DNA of 7,565 nucleotides from a virus: IMG/VR virus record IMGVR_UViG_3300014695_000001, positions 1 to 7,565 of that record; one strand, 5' to 3'. Shown piece by piece: positions 3,434 to 7,565 of this stretch (position 1 is its first letter; each line of letters starts with the position of its first letter). The notes under the pieces were generated by a model. It saw only the letters and a program-made list of their open reading frames with translations, ran no database searches and was not told where the DNA came from. The position numbers and the translations under genes were made by a program.

Positions 3434-3733
3434 ATGGCTATGACTATCAAGATCGAAACCACCGGCAACTTCCGTACCGGCATCGCCGCCAAGTCGCAAA
3501 AGGCCTACTGGATGGCCGAAGCCTATGCGCATCTTCCGGGCGTCCCGTATCCGCAGAAGTTCAGCTACTACGCCGCCTCGCAGCAGGAAGTGCTGCCGGT
3601 CGGTCACTACGAGTGTGACGTTTCCTGCTCGATCAAGGATGACCGTATTCACTTCGAGGTGGACCCGCGCCAAGCCCGCCGCATCGCCAATCCCGCGCCC
3701 GCTGCCGTTGGTCATGCCAAGGTTGCCGGCTAA
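3434..3733 (+). CDS. ssDNA-binding protein, gene-V-like (99 aa)
   Basis: AAGAGG lies 8 nt upstream of the ATG at 3434. Its position is between rep and the coat gene. TIKIETTGNFRTGIAAKSQKAYWMAEAYAHLPGVPYP...LPVGHYECDV follows the pattern of Ff gVp (IKVEIKPSQAQFTTRSGVSRQGKPYSLNEQLCYVDLGNEYP...GLYTV) as I remember it. Confidence 0.75.
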   Translation: MAMTIKIETTGNFRTGIAAKSQKAYWMAEAYAHLPGVPYPQKFSYYAASQQEVLPVGHYECDVSCSIKDDRIHFEVDPRQARRIANPAPAAVGHAKVAG

Positions 3734-3948
3734 TGAATTTTCTCGCCTGTGACGGTGACTGGCTGCAAGGCGCCGATGGCTCGCCCATCTGCTCCGGCTC
3801 GCTGGTCGCCCTCACGGTCGAGGAAATGCAAAGCCTCTACGGCTCTGCACTGACCTGGGACCAAGTCTCCGAGCTGCAAGGCGAAGCGATTGTTCTATTC
3901 GCCACCGTGTTCGGCTTCCTGGTCCTGAAAAAAGTCCTGAAACAGTGA
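3733..3948 (+). CDS. 71-aa protein with a C-terminal transmembrane helix; possible minor virion or assembly protein
   Basis: Its ATG overlaps the upstream TAA as TAATG (3731-3735). The C-terminus AIVLFATVFGFLVLKKVLKQ is a membrane anchor with a basic tail. It sits where Ff has gVII/gIX. Confidence 0.6.
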   Translation: MNFLACDGDWLQGADGSPICSGSLVALTVEEMQSLYGSALTWDQVSELQGEAIVLFATVFGFLVLKKVLKQ

Positions 3949-3958
3949 GGTATCACCC

Positions 3959-4168
3959 ATGCAACTGAACAAGCACTTCATCAAGAAAATCGGCCTCGGC
4001 GCTGCCGTCGCTCTCTCGGCTGCTGCCGGTTCCGTTTACGCGGCAGTCCCGGCCGAAGCCACCGCCGCGCTCGACACCGCGGGCACCGACGTCGGCACCA
4101 TCGGCTGGGCCGTCTTCGCCGTGATCATCGCCGCGATGGCGTTCAAGTACATGCGCCGCGCCCTGTAA
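3959..4168 (+). CDS. Major coat protein precursor (69 aa, pVIII-like)
   Basis: GAGG lies 8 nt upstream. The signal peptide MQLNKHFIKKIGLGAAVALSAAAGSVYA has a likely cleavage site after VYA. The mature 41-aa peptide has an acidic N-terminus (AVPAEATAALDTAGTD), a hydrophobic core (IGWAVFAVIIAAMAF) and a basic C-terminus (KYMRRAL). A strong terminator follows, as after gVIII in Ff phages. Confidence 0.85.
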   Translation: MQLNKHFIKKIGLGAAVALSAAAGSVYAAVPAEATAALDTAGTDVGTIGWAVFAVIIAAMAFKYMRRAL

Positions 4169-4202
4169 CCGCAAACCGCGCACTGCATGTGCCGAAGCAA
4201 AC

Positions 4203-4230
4203 AAACCCCGCTCCGGCGGGGTTTTCTCTT
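4203..4230 (+). terminator. Rho-independent terminator after the major coat gene
   Basis: AAACCCCGC-tccg-GCGGGGTTT has a 9-bp stem (4203-4211 with 4216-4224), and the T-rich tract TTTTCTCTTC begins within the 3' arm of the stem. Confidence 0.85.
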
Positions 4231-4244
4231 CTAGGGAAACGCCA

Positions 4245-4316
4245 ATGAGCTACGAACTGTACGTCCTGATCCTCACCACGCTGGCGTTTTATCTCGTGTT
4301 CTTTGGGCGGGTGTAG
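4245..4316 (+). CDS. 23-aa hydrophobic micro-ORF (MSYELYVLILTTLAFYLVFFGRV)
   Basis: AGGGA lies 7 nt upstream of the ATG at 4245, and the ORF ends 2 nt before the adsorption-protein ATG. It has one hydrophobic helix. It is very short, so this is speculative. Confidence 0.3.
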   Translation: MSYELYVLILTTLAFYLVFFGRV

Positions 4317-4318
4317 GG

Positions 4319-5686
4319 ATGAACAAGCCAACTAACGCGACCATTTCTAAGGCTCTCGCTCTCCTACTCATCATGTGGGGGCAAGCAGCGTTTGCAGATA
4401 TGACCTGGCGTATTCGTGACTACCAGGGCTATTCAACGTACCCATCAGCCCGTGCCGCTTGTGATGCATTTATCGCCGGGCAATCCGAGGCGGGTTACAC
4501 ATATTCTTTCCGAGAACTGGCAGAGCTCTCTAACGAAGGCCCTTCGCGCAGATATAACTGCCGCTTCTACCAAACCTATATTTCGACCGGCGAGCGAACC
4601 ACCCGGCAAGCCGTGGTTATCAGCAATGTCACTAATTGCCCTACCGGCTATACGTTTGATTCGAGTGACGGCGCTTGCATTGCCCAGCCCAGCGCCTGCG
4701 AAGCGACTATCGGCCAAGTCGTCACCCACGAACACAAAATGAAAGAAGCGGTTGGCCAGCCGGTGATCGAGCCTCCGGACTCGGTCTGCGCCAATAGCTG
4801 CCAGTACTCGTTCGGCTATACCGCGGCTAGCAACGTCTACGTCTACAGCAGCGGCACCCCTTCTGGTGTCTTCGGCGTTTACAGCTATACCGGCAACGGC
4901 GTCCAGTGCAATGAAGACACCCGCCAGCAGCCAGGTGATCCGACCCAGAGCACCAACCCCGACGACACCCCGCTTCCTGACCCTGATAACAACTGCCCCA
5001 GCGGCTACACGTACAACGGTACATTCTGCTCGCCTAACACGCCGCTCCCTGATCCAACGGACCCCACCGACCCTACTGACCCCACCGACCCAAGTGACCC
5101 CGACGATGGTTCGGGTGGCGGTGGTTCCAATGGTGGCGGCTCTGACGGCGGTGGCTCAAACGATGGCGGCTCGGGAGACGGAGACGGAAGCGGGGATGAT
5201 GGTGACGGATCAGGCGGCGGGGGCTCTGGCTCGGGGTCCGGCGAAGGAGAAGGTGAAGAAGAAACGGATGAAGATAAATCCATCGTCGGTGGTGAACCCT
5301 GCGATGCAACCCTGAGCTGTGAAGGCGACGCGGTTCAATGCGCCATTCTTCGCCAGCAAAAGGAGCTGCGCTGCCACGCCGAAGAACAGGCTGACTTCGA
5401 GAAACACGAATCCGCCATCGAGGCCGCTGTAACTGGCGACCGGTTCCAGCTGGACGAGGGCTCCGGCGTCATCGACGTGCCGTCCTTTATCAACCAGGGC
5501 ACCCGCTTTCTGCCTTCCGCCTGTCCTGCCGACGAGAGCTTCAGCCTGACCACTGCGGGCGGTCGCACTTTCCAGCTCAGCTATGAACCGCTCTGCCGCG
5601 CCGCCAGTGACCTGAGTGGCCTGTTCGTGGCCGTGGCTACCGTTCTTGCCGCCCTGTATGTAGGCCGCGGCGTAGGAGTTCAGTAA
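4319..5686 (+). CDS. Adsorption / minor coat protein, pIII-like (455 aa)
   Basis: The signal peptide is MNKPTNATISKALALLLIMWGQAAFA. The N-terminal part is Cys-rich, followed by a Pro-Thr-Asp and Gly/Ser/Asp/Glu linker. The C-terminal hydrophobic anchor is LSGLFVAVATVLAALYVGRG. It sits between the coat gene and the pVI-like gene. Confidence 0.8.
   Translation: MNKPTNATISKALALLLIMWGQAAFADMTWRIRDYQGYSTYPSARAACDAFIAGQSEAGYTYSFRELAELSNEGPSRRYNCRFYQTYISTGERTTRQAVVISNVTNCPTGYTFDSSDGACIAQPSACEATIGQVVTHEHKMKEAVGQPVIEPPDSVCANSCQYSFGYTAASNVYVYSSGTPSGVFGVYSYTGNGVQCNEDTRQQPGDPTQSTNPDDTPLPDPDNNCPSGYTYNGTFCSPNTPLPDPTDPTDPTDPTDPSDPDDGSGGGGSNGGGSDGGGSNDGGSGDGDGSGDDGDGSGGGGSGSGSGEGEGEEETDEDKSIVGGEPCDATLSCEGDAVQCAILRQQKELRCHAEEQADFEKHESAIEAAVTGDRFQLDEGSGVIDVPSFINQGTRFLPSACPADESFSLTTAGGRTFQLSYEPLCRAASDLSGLFVAVATVLAALYVGRGVGVQ
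5042..5278 (+). repeat. Low-complexity coding repeats in the pIII-like gene: (PTD)n then a G/S/D/E-rich linker
   Basis: Translates to PLPDPTDPTDPTDPTDPSDPDDGSGGGGSNGGGSDGGGSNDGGSGDGDGSGDDGDGSGGGGSGSGSGEGEGEEETDEDK. This is analogous to the Gly-rich linkers of Ff pIII. Confidence 0.9.
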
Positions 5687-6012
5687 TGCAATTTCTATTT
5701 ATCGTTCAGATGCTGATCATCGTCGTCGGCCCGCTGGTGAAGATGGTGCTGAAAATGATCGGGTTCGGCTTCGTCTCCTACATGGGCTTTAACCTCATCA
5801 TTGGCCAGGCGCAGGACTACCTGTTCGGCCTGATTGGCGATATCGGGCCGGTGATCCAGGGGATTCTCGGGCTGGCCAAGTTCGATGTGGTGGTGAACCT
5901 GTACTTCGCTGCTATCTCGACGCGCTTCATGCTCGCCGGCGTCGACAAGGCCACCGACCGCAAACGTGCTCAGGTCTGGCACAAGCCGGGCGGCACCTCT
6001 ATCGAAGCCTAA
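5686..6012 (+). CDS. pVI-like minor coat / membrane protein (108 aa)
   Basis: AGGAG lies 7 nt upstream, and the ATG overlaps the pIII-like TAA as TAATG. The protein is very hydrophobic with several predicted helices. It sits between the adsorption protein and the Zot gene. Confidence 0.7.
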   Translation: MQFLFIVQMLIIVVGPLVKMVLKMIGFGFVSYMGFNLIIGQAQDYLFGLIGDIGPVIQGILGLAKFDVVVNLYFAAISTRFMLAGVDKATDRKRAQVWHKPGGTSIEA

Positions 6013-6024
6013 GGAGGCGCCGTC

Positions 6025-7218
6025 ATGCTCGTTATCCGCACCGGCAAGCCCGGCCATGGCAAGACTCTGAACACCATCCGCGAAGTCGATCAGAAGGCCC
6101 ACGCCGAAGGCCGCGTCGTCTACTTCCACAACATCAACGGCCTTAAGCCCGATCAGCTGCAAGCGCAGTGGTTCGAGTTCGAAGATCCCGAGAAGTGGTT
6201 CGAGCTGCCAAACGATTCGATCATCGTCGTGGACGAAGCGCAGGGCTGGTTCGGCGCACGCGATCCACGGGCGCGGCCACCGGAGCACATCACTCGCTTC
6301 GAGACCATGCGCCACCAGGGCCATGAGGTTCACCTCGTCACCCAGGACCCGCGCTATCTCGATGTGCATCTGCGCCGGCTGTGCAACTCCCATATTCACT
6401 ACTGGCGCGTGTTCAAGTCAGCTCAGCTGCTGCGCTTCGAGTCGGAAGTGGTGGTGGAAAAGGTCGAGCTGAAAACCAGCTTCAAGGACGCCGACAAGAA
6501 GTCGCTGCGCCTGGATAAGCGCTATTTCAGCGCCTACACCAGCAGCAACGCCAAGCACCACTTCCAGACCAAGGTGCCGACCAAGTTCATCCTGGCGCTG
6601 TGCGTGATCCTCGGTGCCGGCATCCTCGTATATCGCGCTTATGAGCGCTATGCCGCCGAGAAAGCGCAAGCCGCGACAGCCACCAGCGCGCCGGCCGGGA
6701 GCATGGTCGATCAGGTACGGGATACGGTCGGGTCGTTTATCCGGCCAAGCGCTTCCGATGACGAACAATCGGCACCGCTCACCGTCGAGCAGTACCTGGG
6801 CAAGCGGGTCCCGAGGGTGCAGGACCTGCCAGCATCGGCGCCGGTGTATGACGGCCTGACCGGCCCGCAAGCCTTCCCGAAACCTATCTGCATCGCCACC
6901 ACCGACCGCGATCTGATCGCCCGCAACTACAAGCGCATGCAGGTGGGCGACAGCGATGAAGGGTTGACGGGGTGCCGATGCAACACCCAGCAGGGCACCC
7001 GCCTGGATGTGTCATTTCGCTTCTGCATGTCGGTCGTGCAGAACGGCTACTTCGACGACACCAAGCCCGACCGCGGTTCGCCTCAGGACCAGCGAAATCA
7101 GCACGCCCAAAACGCCCCGCCACCGACGATGCCTCCCGCTCACGCTGCAGCTGTGCAACCGGCGGGAGGCCCGAACCTGACCGTCGTGCCGTACCAGAAG
7201 GGGCAATTCCTGTGGTGA
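6025..7218 (+). CDS. zot: Zot / pI-family phage assembly ATPase (397 aa)
   Basis: Strong AGGAGG Shine-Dalgarno. N-terminal Walker A GKPGHGKT, Walker B IIVVDEAQ, and a mid-protein transmembrane helix FILALCVILGAGILVY followed by a C-terminal domain. This is the typical Zot architecture and genome position. Confidence 0.9.
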   Translation: MLVIRTGKPGHGKTLNTIREVDQKAHAEGRVVYFHNINGLKPDQLQAQWFEFEDPEKWFELPNDSIIVVDEAQGWFGARDPRARPPEHITRFETMRHQGHEVHLVTQDPRYLDVHLRRLCNSHIHYWRVFKSAQLLRFESEVVVEKVELKTSFKDADKKSLRLDKRYFSAYTSSNAKHHFQTKVPTKFILALCVILGAGILVYRAYERYAAEKAQAATATSAPAGSMVDQVRDTVGSFIRPSASDDEQSAPLTVEQYLGKRVPRVQDLPASAPVYDGLTGPQAFPKPICIATTDRDLIARNYKRMQVGDSDEGLTGCRCNTQQGTRLDVSFRFCMSVVQNGYFDDTKPDRGSPQDQRNQHAQNAPPPTMPPAHAAAVQPAGGPNLTVVPYQKGQFLW

Positions 7219-7224
7219 TGAGCG

Positions 7225-7286
7225 GGTTTGCACGCCGGGCGAGGTACGAGCCGGCGCGCAAACCGTCTTTCTGTCCTCTTTTCTGC
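7225..7286 (+). terminator. Rho-independent terminator after zot
   Basis: GGTTTGCACGCCGG (7225-7238) pairs with CCGGCGCGCAAACC (7251-7264), 14 bp with one mismatch and a 12-nt loop. The T-rich run gtctttctgtcctcttttctgc follows. Confidence 0.7.
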
Positions 7287-7299
7287 ATTTATACTCAGT

Positions 7300-7316
7300 G
7301 CGCTTCGCATAATGGA
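7300..7316 (+). repeat. 17-bp direct repeat GCGCTTCGCATAATGGA, copy 1 (copy 2 at 7485-7501)
   Basis: Exact 17-mer repeated 185 bp downstream. Identity breaks at 7299/7484 and at 7317/7502. Confidence 0.95.
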
Positions 7317-7329
7317 GATTATGAAATGA
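7302..7329 (+). other. dif-like site C with canonical 11-6-11 layout
   Basis: GCTTCGCATAA-TGGAGA-TTATGAAATGA. The XerC arm matches E. coli dif at 9/11. The XerD arm matches at 6/11, with the inner half TTATG intact. Confidence 0.5.
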
Positions 7330-7484
7330 TCCTGACTTACGAGCTGGTCGATAACCCCGGCTACGAGTATGAAGACGAAGTTCAGACCCAGTTCGATGCG
7401 TGTATCAGGCTTCAGTCAATCGAACCGTTTTGTGTTTGGTGGCAACTGACGGATGGCTCTGGTGAGATTGTCATGTCGTCTTAG
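7326..7484 (+). CDS. Hypothetical acidic 52-aa protein (MILTYELVDNPGYEYEDEVQTQFDACIRLQSIEPFCVWWQLTDGSGEIVMSS)
   Basis: The ATG at 7326 is preceded by GGAG (7314-7317) with 8-nt spacing. The TAG stop at 7482-7484 lies directly before the second 17-bp repeat. Only the last 52 codons of the 170-aa track ORF lie outside zot and its terminator. Confidence 0.5.
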   Translation: MILTYELVDNPGYEYEDEVQTQFDACIRLQSIEPFCVWWQLTDGSGEIVMSS

Positions 7485-7501
7485 GCGCTTCGCATAATGG
7501 A
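7485..7501 (+). repeat. 17-bp direct repeat GCGCTTCGCATAATGGA, copy 2
   Basis: Identical to 7300-7316. It continues into the 80-bp wrap-around repeat. Confidence 0.95.
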
Positions 7502-7565
7502 TAACGTTACGTTTAATCGTGCCGGGATGATGGTTGGCGGTCCCGGCGCGATTTAATGTAACGTT
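7486..7565. repeat. Right copy of the 80-bp exact terminal direct repeat
   Basis: Identical to 1-80. The window ends inside the repeat, so the true extent of the duplication is not visible. Confidence 0.95.

Larger units (their letters stand above)
1..7485 (+). mobile_element. One complete genome unit of a filamentous (Inoviridae-type) phage or prophage copy, 7,485 bp, all core genes on the + strand
   Basis: Canonical inovirus gene order: rep, ssDNA-binding protein, major coat, adsorption protein, pVI-like, Zot/pI ATPase. Bases 7486-7565 repeat bases 1-80 exactly, giving a 7,485-bp period. No cellular housekeeping genes are present. Confidence 0.85.

Noticed and set aside
3148-3715. 156-aa (+) and 183-aa (-) ORFs overlapping the small-ORF / ssDNA-binding region
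   Set aside because: These are off-frame or antisense to the coupled ORF chain and the gene-V-like CDS. Their Arg/Pro/Ser-rich or Gly/Leu-rich composition looks like junk, and they have no ribosome-binding sites.
5042-5278. Repetitive DNA that could be mistaken for a tandem-repeat locus or CRISPR-like array
   Set aside because: The repeats are 9-15-nt degenerate coding repeats in frame with the adsorption protein. There is no repeat-spacer architecture and there are no cas genes.
4866-5315. Alternative-frame and antisense ORFs (149 aa, 92 aa, 78 aa, 65 aa) inside the pIII-like linker
   Set aside because: These are artefacts of the low-complexity (PTD)n / Gly-Ser-Asp coding repeats, which stay open in several frames. 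Their products are pure Pro/Ser/Thr or Arg/His strings.
5695-6399. 234-aa minus-strand ORF
   Set aside because: It is antisense to the pVI-like and zot genes and is a shadow ORF with no translation signals. The same reasoning applies to 6418-6870, 6711-6926, 6884-7288 and 7012-7233 opposite zot.
1895-7218. Internal in-frame restart products analogous to Ff pX (within rep) and pXI (within pI/zot)
   Set aside because: I could not find an internal ATG with a Shine-Dalgarno at the expected positions. In particular, no Met lies just upstream of the zot transmembrane helix. There is therefore no support from sequence alone.
6972-7325. Upstream 118 codons of the 170-aa (+) ORF 6972-7484
   Set aside because: This part overlaps zot out of frame and reads through the zot terminator and dif-like site C. 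Only the last 52 codons, which have their own GGAG and ATG, are plausible.
7313-7485. Idea that everything after the XerC arm at 7312 is host chromosome (a true attR junction)
   Set aside because: Phage sequence identical to 1-80 resumes at 7486, so this is not simply the prophage end followed by the chromosome. It is kept as one of several origins considered for the cassette rather than as the primary call.

Overview
The window holds one complete 7,485-bp unit of a filamentous phage (Inoviridae-type) genome plus 80 bp of wrap-around, since bases 7486-7565 repeat bases 1-80 exactly. The + strand carries the inovirus core in canonical order. It starts with a pII-family replication initiator (1895-3025) and a chain of translationally coupled small ORFs. 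Next come a gene-V-like ssDNA-binding protein (3434-3733), a 71-aa membrane ORF, and a 69-aa major coat precursor (3959-4168) with a strong intrinsic terminator. The order ends with a 455-aa pIII-like adsorption protein with Pro/Thr/Asp and Gly/Ser/Asp linkers (4319-5686), a pVI-like protein (5686-6012), and a Zot/pI assembly ATPase (6025-7218) with its own terminator. A small ribbon-helix-helix-like gene (1560-1769, minus strand) diverges from rep in the position of a phage repressor. I found no secretin, integrase, transposase, tRNA, rRNA or CRISPR array.

The unusual content lies in the non-core segment (7219-7485 joined to 1-1560):
- Two inverted dif-like sites can fold the packaged strand into an 84-nt forked hairpin, a candidate CTX-type single-stranded attP for XerCD.
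- A third dif-like site forms 17-bp direct repeats around a 185-bp cassette holding a single ORF.
- A GTAACGTTAC palindrome family occurs five times. It links the att hairpin to two back-to-back promoters and to the inside of an accessory gene.
- A translationally coupled two-gene operon (83 aa and 173 aa) has no function I can assign.
- A 360-bp region is poor in ORFs and dense in hairpins.

All calls come from reading the sequence and from remembered family features. No database search was possible, and start codons of the small ORFs are provisional.
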